This document shows, one piece after another, positions 1 through 10,725 of a DNA stretch of 64,000 bases. Source of the stretch: Candidatus Altimarinota bacterium (GTDB lineage Bacteria; Patescibacteriota; Gracilibacteria; JBDHUY01); the NCBI GenBank assembly GCA_039809385.1, contig JBDHUY010000003.1, positions 1 through 64,000 on the forward strand. Reading direction: 5' to 3'. Each line of letters starts with the position of its first letter. The stretch's first letter is position 1. The position numbers and the translations under genes were made by a program. The notes under the pieces were generated by a model. That model saw only the letters and a list, made by a program, of their open reading frames with translations, was not told the origin of the DNA and did not search any database.

Positions 1-80
1 ATCTACCCGGGCTGATTTTGGTGTGTTGTCGAAGGAAATAAAATATATTAAAAATCGACATTATATAATTTCCGTTTTGC

Positions 81-722
81 ATGTCTTTCTCTCTTCCCAG
101 GTTCAGGAAAATATCCTATGCTCCCTTGTCCGCACCGCTTGAGCCGCATGAAAGTTATGACCGTGTACTGCTGCGCGATCTGACGATCGACAAGGGCGAT
201 CTGAAGGAGATTGCTTGTACGGAAGCGAAAATAGATCGCAGTCGGTTTTTGTTTTGTACGTTATCCGGAGGGCATTTTCGCGATTGTATGTTTCAGCATG
301 CCGATTTTTCGAATTCTGTTTTTCAAAAGAGCCGATTGAAGAGCTGTTTGATCGACCGTTGTCGGATGACCGGTACACAGTTTCATGAAGCTTCTTTTCA
401 GAGTACCTTGTTTGAGGAAACGCATTTTTCATATGCGCAGTTTCGTTTTGCAAAATTGCACAAGACTCTTTTTAGACAGTGTCATCTGACCGATTCCGAT
501 TTTTATCATGGCGAGCTTGAGGAGGTGGTCTTTGATCACTGCGATTTGTCGGGCGCTGATTTCTCGCAAGCTGTCTTGAAAAATGTAGACTTGCGGGGAT
601 CGGTCTTGGAGGGCGCCAAAATCGAGATGCTTCAACTGAAAAATTGTATCATGGAGCCGCATCAGCTGACCGTATTGGCGGCTGCTATGGGGGTACGGTT
701 GAAATACTATGGCGAAGAGTAG
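81..722 (+). CDS. Pentapeptide repeat protein
   Basis: Tandem A(D/N)LxX-type pentapeptides (ADFSN, SDFYH, ADFSQ, VDLRG) over most of 213 aa. Confidence 0.9.
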   Translation: MSFSLPRFRKISYAPLSAPLEPHESYDRVLLRDLTIDKGDLKEIACTEAKIDRSRFLFCTLSGGHFRDCMFQHADFSNSVFQKSRLKSCLIDRCRMTGTQFHEASFQSTLFEETHFSYAQFRFAKLHKTLFRQCHLTDSDFYHGELEEVVFDHCDLSGADFSQAVLKNVDLRGSVLEGAKIEMLQLKNCIMEPHQLTVLAAAMGVRLKYYGEE

Positions 723-778
723 TATGATATTTCGTGCGAGCCACTCGCTCACGGGTGGCTTCGTCAAGATAAGGAGCG

Positions 779-1378
779 CTATGTCGGGTCATGCTCGTCC
801 GCAAGGTATTTTTTGACGATTTCAAAAACGCGTTTACTTTTAAGCATCCAGGGGTGAATCAGTACCGGGAGATCGATATTCACGGCTCCCGGTATTTTCG
901 AGCTGCTGCTGGGAAAGATCATCAGGTCGAACGGAGTCCTGAGCGAGATCCACGAAATTTCCGAGAGTATATCGATACCTTGTTCCATTTTTTGTAAAAA
1001 AGAGCTGCCGGGTCGCATCTGCCGGATAGCGGGCAGGTTTGAAAAATAGGCGGTCCAGGTGCCGCGGTGCGGGCCGGAGATCGAGATGAATCTTTTTACT
1101 CTTTTGTATCCTTCCAGGTATTGCAGATAGTATCGGCTGACAATCGTTCCCATGCTAAAGGCGACGATATCGAAGGTAACAGGTTGAGGAATATGCCTCT
1201 CGATGTAGTCAGCCAACTGTTCCGCCATTACCTCGATTGGGATCTCTCCGCCGTTGGGAATGAGACTGATCGCGTGTATTTCATACTGCGTTTGTCCCTC
1301 TTGCAGAAAATCGATCATACGATCAAAGGCGGATCGATCGTCATGGATGCCGTGGATGAAAAGAAGGCTGTGTTTCAT
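779..1378 (-). CDS. Alpha/beta-hydrolase, lipase class 2-like
   Basis: FIHG oxyanion motif, AFSMG nucleophile elbow, GPHRGT, C-terminal Asp (FDLMI) and His (IHPW). Confidence 0.85.
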   Translation of the reverse strand: MKHSLLFIHGIHDDRSAFDRMIDFLQEGQTQYEIHAISLIPNGGEIPIEVMAEQLADYIERHIPQPVTFDIVAFSMGTIVSRYYLQYLEGYKRVKRFISISGPHRGTWTAYFSNLPAIRQMRPGSSFLQKMEQGIDILSEISWISLRTPFDLMIFPSSSSKIPGAVNIDLPVLIHPWMLKSKRVFEIVKKYLADEHDPT

Positions 1379-1430
1379 GGCAATCAGGAGCTATGAACGG
1401 AGAATCATACAAATCATCGCTCTTTCGGTA

Positions 1431-2072
1431 TCAGTTGGTATCCTTTTCATTACCTCTCCACTGGGTAGTGTACTCTATAACCAGGCCTGTTTGATTCTCT
1501 AGAATTGTAACATCGAGGTGCGGCGGAATAATCTGAAGATACTTGATCGGACTAAATTGTTTGGTGCTTAAAGCCTTTGGACTTTCTTCACTCGTTACTG
1601 CTGCGCAGATACCCCCACCGTTCTGCAATATGCCTTGACAACTAACGGCCAGTATCGGATAGAACATGTCACTTTGAGACCAGGTTTCCAGTGTTAATCC
1701 GGATTGAGATAGTGTTTGTTCCAAGAGAGCTCTATCCAGGAGTATTCCTCGGCCTGTGAAGCTCGTTCTGCTGCTCCCTCGGGATGGAATACACATATAC
1801 TGAACATTCCGGAACGGACCTATCCTGTGACCATGCTCAAACTTTCGCAGGTTTAATTCCTCCAGTAGGAGGTCTATCACCTCTCTGAGTCTCAGATTGC
1901 GGATATTGTTCAATACTTGTTTCCACTTGGGATACCCCTGTTCTTGCGTATCGGCAATTGTCACATAATTATTCCTCCCAGAATCAGCTGATACAGACAA
2001 AACCGAATGGTTCACAGTCATGATCCGAAAACCGGATTTAATACTGAGCGGAATCTTTTCCACCGTCTCCAA
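1431..2072 (-). CDS. Hypothetical protein
   Basis: 213-aa ORF, TTG start, 12 nt after the upstream ORF; no recognisable motif. Confidence 0.5.
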   Translation of the reverse strand: METVEKIPLSIKSGFRIMTVNHSVLSVSADSGRNNYVTIADTQEQGYPKWKQVLNNIRNLRLREVIDLLLEELNLRKFEHGHRIGPFRNVQYMCIPSRGSSRTSFTGRGILLDRALLEQTLSQSGLTLETWSQSDMFYPILAVSCQGILQNGGGICAAVTSEESPKALSTKQFSPIKYLQIIPPHLDVTILENQTGLVIEYTTQWRGNEKDTN

Positions 2073-2084
2073 ACCCGCTGCGTC

Positions 2085-2411
2085 TCAGATTTCCAGAAAA
2101 GCCAGTTCCTGGACTAATAACTCGGCGAGAACTCTGATTTGATCCTCTTCTCTCAAAGTATCTTCCAATATAGTAATCTGTCTAGCCTTCTTTTCGTAGT
2201 CTTGATGCGATTCCGGAATCGGGTTCAATCGGAGAGATTGCATGGCTCGGTTCATGGCTTGTTCTATAGCTGTTCTTATCTGGTCGGGAGCGATCTTCAG
2301 TGCTTGTCCGAGTTGCTCGGGGGTAAATATCGATCCGCCAACTATTTCTTGTAGCCGTTGTTTGTGTTCGATTAACTTTTTATTTTCCGGAGAAGCAGGA
2401 GGTGTCAGCAT
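2085..2411 (-). CDS. Hypothetical helical protein
   Basis: 108-aa ORF with protein-like composition. Confidence 0.6.
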   Translation of the reverse strand: MLTPPASPENKKLIEHKQRLQEIVGGSIFTPEQLGQALKIAPDQIRTAIEQAMNRAMQSLRLNPIPESHQDYEKKARQITILEDTLREEDQIRVLAELLVQELAFLEI

Positions 2412-2553
2412 AAATGGCTTGTAAAAGGAAGAATAAAACAGAAGGTCTGATTATAAATATACGGTACTTTTTGTCAAAACATAGAACGTTTTTTCGACAA
2501 ATGTTCTCTCCGGGAGTATACTGCCCCGTAGGATTATTCTCTTATCCATTTTT

Positions 2554-4533
2554 ATGATCCACCGACGTTTGTCCGCTCTGGGGTTGTTCGCAGTAATGGT
2601 TTGTACCCTGCTCGCGGCTCCGCCTGTTTCGCTCAGGGCCGAAGAATCCGAATACGGCCCGCTCGTGGTCGATGCGGCCATCTCGTTTGCCGCCACGCTC
2701 AACAGCGACGGAACGGTCAATGCCAGCTGGACGATGTATAATCATGCCGAAGAGTTTATCTATTATAAACTCGTCCGTTCCCAGACCAATTCCGCGCCTA
2801 GCTATCCTGAGGACGGGTATGTTTTTTATACCGACAATCAAAATGTGCTGGCCTACCGCGACAGCGAAGTTCCGCCCGGAACCAGCTACTATCGGATCTG
2901 CCAGATCGCCCTTTCCAAACGGTATTGTTCCAAGACCGTCGTAACGATTAAAAAAGAAGGAAACACTCCTGCGACTCCTGCTCCGAGCGCTGTTTCCACC
3001 GCATCTTCCTCCTCAGGCGATTTTATTGATATCAAAGGCCACTGGGCCGAACAATATATTAAAGACCTCGTAGCGCATTGCCCTTCGATCCGCGGATTCG
3101 AGACCAAAAATGGCCGCGTTTTTCGCCCCGACGCTACCATCACCCGCGCCGAACTCGTTACGATGCTGGTCAAATGTCTGGCCGACAATGTTCCCGAAGA
3201 GAGTGCAAGCTTTAGCGATGTCAAAAAGACCGACTGGTTTTCGGCCTTTATCGCCTATGCCAGGAAAAAAGGTTTTGTGGGAGGATACCCCGACGGTACG
3301 TTTCGCCCCCTGCGCTTTGTGACCCGTCCCGAAGGCCTGAAGATGATTTTAACCGCCAAATATACTCTGGATGAGATTGTGGACGGCGACGTGCCGTTCA
3401 AAGACGTCCCCGCCGGCAGCTGGTTTCGGCGCTTCGTACGGTTCGCTTATCAAAAGGGGTATATCAGCGGGATCTCTGCTGACCGTTTCGGCGCCGACCG
3501 CTTCATGACGCGAGCTGAAGTCGCCAAGCTGGCGGTTCGAATCCTGTTCGGCCAGGAAGATACTCCCGCCAATACCAATGAAAATTCTCCCGCGCCTGCC
3601 AACATAAACCGTAATACAAACGCCCCGGCCAATCGGAATCAAAATACAGCCGCTCCCAACAGCAACAGTTCAGGGTCTGTCGGCAATGCCACGCTGCTCT
3701 CCGGCTGTCCGGTCTTTCCGGCCGACAATCCCTGGAATCAGGATGTTTCGGCGTTGCCGGTTCATCCCAATTCGGCTAATTATATTAACAGTATCGGATC
3801 TTCCACGAATCTGCACGCCGACTTTGGCGGGAATGGCGAATACGGTATCCCGTTCGTGGTCGTGCCCCAGAATCAGCCGATGGTAGGAATCAACTTTACT
3901 GCCTACGGCGACGAAAGCGATCCCGGCCCCTATCCGGTACCCGGAAATGCGCCTATCGAAGGGGGAGCGTCTTCGGATGGAGATCGACATGTCCTAGTCT
4001 TACAACAGGGAATCTGCAAGCTGTTCGAACTCTATCGCGCCTTTCCGCAACGCGACGGATCCTGGAATGCCGATTCGGGCGCGGTCTACGATCTTTTTTC
4101 CAATGCGCTGCGTCCCGATTACTGGACCAGTGCCGATGCGGCCGGCCTGCCTATTCTGCCGGGACTGGTACGCTACGACGAAGTGGCTGCCGGGGCGGTG
4201 ACGCATGCTTTGCGTTTTACCGTTTCGCGCAGTCAGAAAGGCTTCATTCATCCGGCTACCCATTATGCGTCCGGTTCTACCGACGCCAATTTGCCGCCCA
4301 TGGGACTGCGAGTTCGTTTAAAGGCAGACTTTGATGTTTCTCCGTATAACGGACAAACCCGCGTGATTTTGGAAGGACTCAAAAAATACGGCATGATCGT
4401 GGCCGACAATGGTTCTAACTGGTACATTACCGGAGCGAGCGATACGCGCTGGGACGACGAGGATCTCAATCAGCTCAAGCGGATTCCAGGCAATGCCTTT
4501 GAGGCGGTCGATACCGGCCCTGTTATACGATAA
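2554..4533 (+). CDS. Secreted SLH-domain protein with conserved uncharacterised C-terminal domain
   Basis: Signal peptide, Ig/FN3-like N-domain, three SLH repeats (FIDIKGHWA, GYPDGTFRP, TRAE), Asn-rich linker, C-domain FPADNPWN...GDRH...SADAAGLP...YGMIVADNG. Confidence 0.85.
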   Translation: MIHRRLSALGLFAVMVCTLLAAPPVSLRAEESEYGPLVVDAAISFAATLNSDGTVNASWTMYNHAEEFIYYKLVRSQTNSAPSYPEDGYVFYTDNQNVLAYRDSEVPPGTSYYRICQIALSKRYCSKTVVTIKKEGNTPATPAPSAVSTASSSSGDFIDIKGHWAEQYIKDLVAHCPSIRGFETKNGRVFRPDATITRAELVTMLVKCLADNVPEESASFSDVKKTDWFSAFIAYARKKGFVGGYPDGTFRPLRFVTRPEGLKMILTAKYTLDEIVDGDVPFKDVPAGSWFRRFVRFAYQKGYISGISADRFGADRFMTRAEVAKLAVRILFGQEDTPANTNENSPAPANINRNTNAPANRNQNTAAPNSNSSGSVGNATLLSGCPVFPADNPWNQDVSALPVHPNSANYINSIGSSTNLHADFGGNGEYGIPFVVVPQNQPMVGINFTAYGDESDPGPYPVPGNAPIEGGASSDGDRHVLVLQQGICKLFELYRAFPQRDGSWNADSGAVYDLFSNALRPDYWTSADAAGLPILPGLVRYDEVAAGAVTHALRFTVSRSQKGFIHPATHYASGSTDANLPPMGLRVRLKADFDVSPYNGQTRVILEGLKKYGMIVADNGSNWYITGASDTRWDDEDLNQLKRIPGNAFEAVDTGPVIR

Positions 4534-4808
4534 ATAGAGGATTTTGGGTATTAATGTGAATCACTCCATAATCTACTGGAGCAATTTCGCTGTTTCCAAA
4601 AGCCAGCTAATGATGCGGTTGGGTAAAGGATATTCTTTGTTTTATCAGGTAAGGTACTTTCATCGTAAAAATGTTGACAATTTATTGTTGACTTTTTAGA
4701 ATTACGCTACGATAAAAACAATGCATACTATATTGGAATGCGGTTCATTTTGTAATGCGATTGCTATAGATAAAACCTAATTGTACTTCTTATCATGATC
4801 CTAGTGCT

Positions 4809-7289
4809 ATGTATATGAAGCGAAATGTACGACAAACTCTTTTCATCTTGTTTGGGCTTCTATTATTCGCTGGTATATCTACGATGGATACAGCTCAAAT
4901 TGCTTATGCTGCACCTCTCACTGGTACTTATGATATTCCAGAAAATGGCAAATTTCAACTGACGAATGATTTGCTGGCTATTGTCCATAGCCATCTCCCA
5001 AATGAAACAAATCTAGAAACAATCAGAATACTTTCCGATACATTTGATAAAACCTATCCCCCCCTGGAATTGTATAGTTTTTATGCTATAGCAAATCGCT
5101 TTGTGATACACTATCTGGATCAAGGAGGAAAATCGTTGGATAGTTCAAATACAGCTTTTGATAATGTCGGGAGGGTATATCTTAGCAGTTCTTATATCGG
5201 TATTCACCGCTCTCATGAGGGGAAAGAATATTTTGTTGTCAATGGTGTAGAATATGGTCCGTTTGACTCTATCTCTTCGGATGGAAATGTTACCGTGTCG
5301 CCACATGGCTGGGGTTTTCAGTATTATAATGGAAGCAAGCGAGGTTGCATGGTGAATGGCCAGGATGTGAATCCCCAGTACGGATGCAAGAAGCTTGCAT
5401 TCTCATCCAATCAATGGGGCATTGTCTATGACAAGTTAGGTTCGCAGGACTATATAAAAGTCAATGGTCAGGAACAGGGGCCGTTTGACCCAATTCAAGC
5501 TAACAGTTTCTCTCTTGGCAATAACGGATTCAGCTTTCTGACAGGATACTCCGGGGCTTCCCAGACAGTCTTTGTAAATACACAGACAATCGGTACATTC
5601 CAGAGTCCGGTTAGTTATTTAACCACTATGGGGAATGTAACATTTTTTGTATATCAAAGGGAAGGCAAGGACTATATTCGGGTCAATGACAAGGAGTATG
5701 GCCCTTACGATTCTTATACAGTCCGGCCCAAAACAGATGGGAATATCTGGGGTTTTTCCTATGTCTTGGGGTCAAATGTCTATGTTAATATCGGAGATAC
5801 TGTCTATGGTCCGTATCAACAGCTTCAACAGCTGGGAACAATCGATGTACTCTCGATCAAAGAAGGTGGCTGGGGATTTCTATATAAACAAAATGATCAA
5901 TGGTTTTTGAATATCAGCGGACGCGTTATCCCAAATATTCCTCCAGTTGTTAACGAAGTTCTACTCGCAGGTCAAAATTATATGTATAGCTATAATGATT
6001 CCCAAGGAACAACAGTGCAAGTCAATGACAAAAGATTCGGTCCATATAAGAATACTGCTCATCCCAACAGTGCTTTTGGGCTTCAGGCGAGCAAAGATTA
6101 TTACGGTTTTATTTTTATAGAAGACAGTCAGAGACGGATTTCTGTAGGAAGTTTCCAAGATACACGGGGTACTATCGGCAATAATAATAACGAAAATTCT
6201 CATGCAAATGTGAACAGCGCGAATACCACTCCTTCTCCTGATAACGAGACTGCTTTTCCTCTGCATACAGTCAGTTTTATTTGCTCGGCGTCTGAAGTCA
6301 GTGCATGTCAAAACGCAACTTTGGTATTGAACGGGCAATCAGTACAACAGAAAGACCCGATAACTGGGTATCCTTATATATCTGTTCCTCAGGGGACTTA
6401 TACCCTCCTGGTGTCAAGTCCAGGATATATACCTTTTCAGGAAACATTTATAGTGAATGGTCCAACAGAAAAGGTTTTTACACTCATCCCAATCTCAAGC
6501 ACTGCCAATAATGGCAATATAAATAATAGTTCTCCCCAATACAAAATAGGCTTTCTTTGCTCGTCCCCTCAGGAAGCTGCCTGCCAAAAGGCAACTATTA
6601 TTTTCAACGGGCAGCAAATAACCCTGCAAGACCCGGACGGGTACTACTACGCAGTCATTCCGCAAGGCACGTATAAATTGTCTGTCTCAAGTCCAGGATA
6701 TATATCATTGGAAGAGACGGTTACGGTACAGGGAGTGATGAACAAAAGTTTCAGCTTGCTTCCGGCCCCATTCTTTGATGGCATACAACACTTTACAGAT
6801 ATTTCCCTCAATGATCCCCTCTACAATGCTACTGCATACCTCAAGAAGCATGGTTGGATACAAGGATACCCCAATGGAGCCTATGGCGGACAAAATTTAC
6901 TCAACCGGGCTGAATTTGCCAGAATCATAACAAATGGGATGACAAATACGCCCCAAGGTTCCCATTGTTTTAATGATGTTGCAGAAGAATGGTTTGCAAA
7001 TGCTGTCTGCCACCTGAAACAGAATGGAATCATCCGGGGATATCCCGGTAATATTTTCCTCCCGGCTAAAAATATTAATCTGGCGGAAGTTCTGAAAATG
7101 ACTCTCCTGGCCCGAAATATTCCTTTATTACCCAATAGTGGCACCTATTGGTATAATACATATTTGTCTACCGCATTAAAATATAGCTACTTAGATGGCA
7201 TTAACCCAGATCCGGCCCATTTTGTGACCCGTGCTGAGATGGCGCTTCTTTTGTATAATATAAGTCTCAACAGTGATTCTCTGGAATAA
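4809..7289 (+). CDS. Secreted SLH protein with VNGxxYGP repeats and two PEGA-like domains
   Basis: Signal peptide; repeated VNGxEYGPFD-like units; duplicated CxxxxxxAC..ATxxxNGQ..PQGTYxLxVSSPGYI module; C-terminal SLH (GYPNG, NRAE, TRAE). Confidence 0.8.
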   Translation: MYMKRNVRQTLFILFGLLLFAGISTMDTAQIAYAAPLTGTYDIPENGKFQLTNDLLAIVHSHLPNETNLETIRILSDTFDKTYPPLELYSFYAIANRFVIHYLDQGGKSLDSSNTAFDNVGRVYLSSSYIGIHRSHEGKEYFVVNGVEYGPFDSISSDGNVTVSPHGWGFQYYNGSKRGCMVNGQDVNPQYGCKKLAFSSNQWGIVYDKLGSQDYIKVNGQEQGPFDPIQANSFSLGNNGFSFLTGYSGASQTVFVNTQTIGTFQSPVSYLTTMGNVTFFVYQREGKDYIRVNDKEYGPYDSYTVRPKTDGNIWGFSYVLGSNVYVNIGDTVYGPYQQLQQLGTIDVLSIKEGGWGFLYKQNDQWFLNISGRVIPNIPPVVNEVLLAGQNYMYSYNDSQGTTVQVNDKRFGPYKNTAHPNSAFGLQASKDYYGFIFIEDSQRRISVGSFQDTRGTIGNNNNENSHANVNSANTTPSPDNETAFPLHTVSFICSASEVSACQNATLVLNGQSVQQKDPITGYPYISVPQGTYTLLVSSPGYIPFQETFIVNGPTEKVFTLIPISSTANNGNINNSSPQYKIGFLCSSPQEAACQKATIIFNGQQITLQDPDGYYYAVIPQGTYKLSVSSPGYISLEETVTVQGVMNKSFSLLPAPFFDGIQHFTDISLNDPLYNATAYLKKHGWIQGYPNGAYGGQNLLNRAEFARIITNGMTNTPQGSHCFNDVAEEWFANAVCHLKQNGIIRGYPGNIFLPAKNINLAEVLKMTLLARNIPLLPNSGTYWYNTYLSTALKYSYLDGINPDPAHFVTRAEMALLLYNISLNSDSLE

Positions 7290-7483
7290 ACTGACTAGCC
7301 AACATTATTGATTCTGGGGCTTTGGGCAGGATACATCTGAATCTGCCATATTTCATAAATATTAGGATAACAGCCGGAAAATTATTGTATTCCGAGAACA
7401 AGATGTTTTTTAGAAAATATTTTTGTGTTATTATAGTACGATAAGTGATTTTCTTTATTTTTATTTTGTTATATCACATTACT

Positions 7484-8881
7484 ATGCCTCCTGCATCTTT
7501 GTATGTTACAAAACGGATTGCATTGCTTTCTCTTGCCTTTGTCACCATAATTACTGGCTGTGGTACAAGTACAAAAGACACTACCAGCGCTGATGTTCTT
7601 CACAAATCAGCGCCGATTACCACAAATGCCCGTGAAATAAATTCTACCAAGAGTGACATTACAAAGAATAAAAATGATAATAAGAATCAGAACCCCAATA
7701 ACGATGAGCAGCAGAATAGAAGCGTAAATACAGTTGGTGGAACACTATTGACAGTGTCGGCCAGTCCCGCCACTCCATCGGAAGGGTATATTCCTCCCAA
7801 TGCGAATGAGGCTCCCATTTTCCGTATGCGATTGCAGTCCAATTCTTCAGCCCCTATTCGTATTGATGACCTCTATCTGGTAGTCATTGATGCTGAAAAC
7901 CAGAGGCCCCGCACAGACATTGATACGCTGGTAAGTCATTTCGCACTCGACGGTGCCGGAGCTACGCAGAGAGTGACACCCAATAAGGGCGTTTTGCGCT
8001 TCTCATTTCCGCAGGGAAATAGTAACCTGAATAGTTCTCCTTTTGTTCTCCAACCTAATAGTAATGCTGAGCTTACTATCAAAGTTGCAAGTGGATCCAT
8101 TACTACCGAAAAACAGACAGGTAAAGGATTTCGACTCTCGACCATATCACCACCGCATGATCTTGCCACACCCCAATATGGTAATAGTCCGATCAATGGA
8201 GTGGTCGCATACAATCTCTCGAACAATAAGCAATTGACCGAAAGGCAGCTTTCAGTTAACGCAGTTTCCCAGCCACACGCGATCGTCAAAACTATCTTTC
8301 GCATGGAAAATGTCTCTCCGAGTAGTACGCAATTGTCTCCAGATGGGACGATACTACAGGAGATATTTCGCTTCACGATTACCAATAACGGTCCTGGTGA
8401 TTTCGATGTGGGCAAGGTATCTCTGGAAGTGAGTGGGAATAGAGTCAATATTAGCGATATGCAGATCTTCTCAGCGAATAATTTGACTACTCCCCTGAAT
8501 ACAAAGCAGAAACCGGCGCTCAATGCTTCAGCAGGGCAGGTTTCACAAGTCACTCCATTGATGCTTGATAGCAGCTCTCCCGCGAGCGGGTTCATGATTC
8601 CGCGTGGTACTACTCAGGCATTTGTCTTGAAGGCGCTCGTATCAACTGGTGTCGAAACAGGTTTTGGTGTCCATAGTGTTGGTGTGAGGCTGGTGGATGA
8701 AGTCTGTAAACAGAGTGTCACTACCTTTTCCGGCCTGCAGCGACAGAGCTGTGCGTATGCCTGGTCGGATATATCTGCCCGCTCTCATGGATTAACCAAC
8801 CCTTCCAGCGCTGACTGGATGCCAATGAGTTATGTGCCTGAGCTACCAACGTTGTTTGTCAATCGTTCTTTGACGAACTAG
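7484..8881 (+). CDS. Putative surface lipoprotein
   Basis: Lipobox ITGC, Asn-rich linker, two beta-rich Ig-like modules; ATG 7484 preferred to GTG 7445. Confidence 0.65.
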   Translation: MPPASLYVTKRIALLSLAFVTIITGCGTSTKDTTSADVLHKSAPITTNAREINSTKSDITKNKNDNKNQNPNNDEQQNRSVNTVGGTLLTVSASPATPSEGYIPPNANEAPIFRMRLQSNSSAPIRIDDLYLVVIDAENQRPRTDIDTLVSHFALDGAGATQRVTPNKGVLRFSFPQGNSNLNSSPFVLQPNSNAELTIKVASGSITTEKQTGKGFRLSTISPPHDLATPQYGNSPINGVVAYNLSNNKQLTERQLSVNAVSQPHAIVKTIFRMENVSPSSTQLSPDGTILQEIFRFTITNNGPGDFDVGKVSLEVSGNRVNISDMQIFSANNLTTPLNTKQKPALNASAGQVSQVTPLMLDSSSPASGFMIPRGTTQAFVLKALVSTGVETGFGVHSVGVRLVDEVCKQSVTTFSGLQRQSCAYAWSDISARSHGLTNPSSADWMPMSYVPELPTLFVNRSLTN

Positions 8882-9090
8882 TAGTGAAATCCTTTATCGC
8901 AAGCTTTGCGAACAGAGGAGCAAAAATAAATTTTATAGCCACCTGAGTCGAGAGAAAATTCCTATAGTACCTTTGTTTTCTACGGTATTACTCAGGTGGT
9001 ATATTTGTTTTTCTACTCCTATGACAACATTTTGTTGTTGACTTATTTAGCATATGTCGTACAATGACTCACCCTTCCTCATTTCATTTT

Positions 9091-9997
9091 TATAGCAAGA
9101 CCAATATAACTCGTCATAGATTGGGACATAAAAAAAGTTCATGGGGAGAACAACGGAGTTTTCGTCGTGTAGCCTTGGCCTGAGCCCATTTTTTCTCAAT
9201 TGGATTGAGGTCTGGGCTGTAGGGAGGTAGAAACTCGACGGTATGACCTTGGCGTTCAATGATTGTATGGATGTCAATTCGCTTATGGAAAGGAGCGCCG
9301 TCCAAGACAATGACCGACCGGCTGGGCGTTGCCGGAAGCAAGGCTGTTTGTACCCATGTGAGAAAAACGTTTGCATCAATGTTACAGCTCCAGAGCTGTA
9401 CTGCAACGAGTTTAAAAGCGAGAAGTGCTCCAATGGCATTTACTCTTCCTTTGGCATGCCAGTCTCTTTGTCCATAACAGCGGCTTGGTTTATGAGAATA
9501 CCCATACGTTCTTGGTGCATCCAGCGCAAAACCACTTTCATCAAGGTATATGATGGAACGGGCTTCAATTTTTTCATGCCATTGCATTCTTGTTTGGAAT
9601 TGAATACGGCGTATTGCATCAGCCTTTGGGTGCAACAGAGTTTTTTTTATAGCTGATTCCAAGTCGCTTTAAGGCAAACCAGATTGCTCCCTGAGTAACT
9701 CCGAATTTTGCCGCCCGTTCATACTGATACAGATCCGGATATGCTTCAATATCCTTTCGTAAAGCCTCCATGTTAATTTTTGTTGCTGGTTTGTTTCGTT
9801 TTGTTTTTGGTTCTATGCGCTTTTTCCAGCGAAAGAGTGTACGTATTGGCACCTCGAAACGTTTACTGGTTTCAGAGAAACTTATACCATGCTTCTCCTT
9901 GACCATCAGTACACGTCTGCGAAAATCTAATGAGTATGTCATGTCTCTATTCTACCACTACTTTCCATATATGACAAACTATATTAGTTTTGCTATA
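9091..9997 (-). mobile_element. IS630-family insertion sequence
   Basis: Imperfect terminal IRs TAGCAAGACCAATATAACTCGTCATA / TATGACAAACTATATTAGTTTTGCTA, each flanked by TA; two-ORF transposase inside. Confidence 0.92.
9114..9942 (-). CDS. IS630 transposase: HTH orfA (9942-9619) plus DDE orfB (9662-9114), -1 frameshift at A8
   Basis: MTYSLDFRRRV HTH; DDE motifs YLDESGF, VLDGAPFH, PDLNPIE; slippery A8 run at 9641-9648. Confidence 0.9.
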
Positions 9998-10271
9998 CGA
10001 CCTGGTAAGTAAACTTTTGCCCATGATCACGCTGGCAGTCGCTTCCGATAGTACACTCCATAGCTCGATAGGCGATCTTTTCATGAACGGGAAAGCAACC
10101 ACTCGAGACTTTTGTATGCTGGTAGGTACCCCTCCATTCGATAAAGCAAAAAGTCAGCGGGTTGGAAAAATACTCTACGGAATAGCGAACCAGATGTTGG
10201 AGAAAATTGAGGTAGAGACATCTTCTGGCAAGCATGGATAGGTTCTGGTTCTCGCTCTTTTCTCTCCAGAA

Positions 10272-10316
10272 CAAAGAAACAGGACATTACGCATAGTAAG
10301 TTGTCCTGTTTCTTTG
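10272..10316. terminator. Probable bidirectional intrinsic terminator
   Basis: CAAAGAAACAGGACA...TGTCCTGTTTCTTTG hairpin between convergent ORFs. Confidence 0.65.
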
Positions 10317-10335
10317 AGAATCCTAAAGGTCCTTT

Positions 10336-10725
10336 CTACAATGCGCTCATAAACTGGTTGGCCAGTTCATCGCCGGCGCCGCATTTGGCTTTGGCTTTTT
10401 CGGCTACTTTCTTTTTGAAGGCGTCTTTGTCCGCAATGCCTTTATAGGCTTTTTCAGCTTCGTCTTCGTTGCCGAAAGAATCTTTCATCATCTTTTCCAT
10501 CTTCGTTTTTGCTTCTTCTCCTTTCTTCGTAATTTCTTCTATATTCAGATCTTTTCCATCGCCTTTCATGGCTTTTTCAGCCAAATCCGATGCTTCTTTG
10601 GCCAGACAGATCGATTCGGTAAAAATATTGGCCAGCTTGTCCTCGTTCGACGCGGCGCCTCCGCAGGCTGCCAGTGGTAGCAACATGACCATACCCAACA
10701 AACCGGAACGCAGTTTTCGGTTCAT
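10336..10725 (-). CDS. Small helical lipoprotein
   Basis: MNRKLRS...LPLAAC lipobox, Lys/Glu-rich body, Cys pair. Confidence 0.8.
   Translation of the reverse strand: MNRKLRSGLLGMVMLLPLAACGGAASNEDKLANIFTESICLAKEASDLAEKAMKGDGKDLNIEEITKKGEEAKTKMEKMMKDSFGNEDEAEKAYKGIADKDAFKKKVAEKAKAKCGAGDELANQFMSAL

Larger units (their letters stand above)
9064..10241 (+). pseudogene. Small ORF interrupted by IS630
   Basis: Removing the IS and one TA fuses ATG9064 (MTHPSSFHF) in frame to YDLVSKLLPM...GKHG. Confidence 0.4.

Noticed and set aside
81-722. Qnr/MfpA quinolone-resistance call
   Set aside because: Pentapeptide repeats alone do not specify this; no diagnostic feature recognised
8939-8999. CCACCTGAGT/ACTCAGGTGG inverted repeat as IS end or ncRNA
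   Set aside because: Unrelated to the IS630 IRs; most simply a terminator-type hairpin
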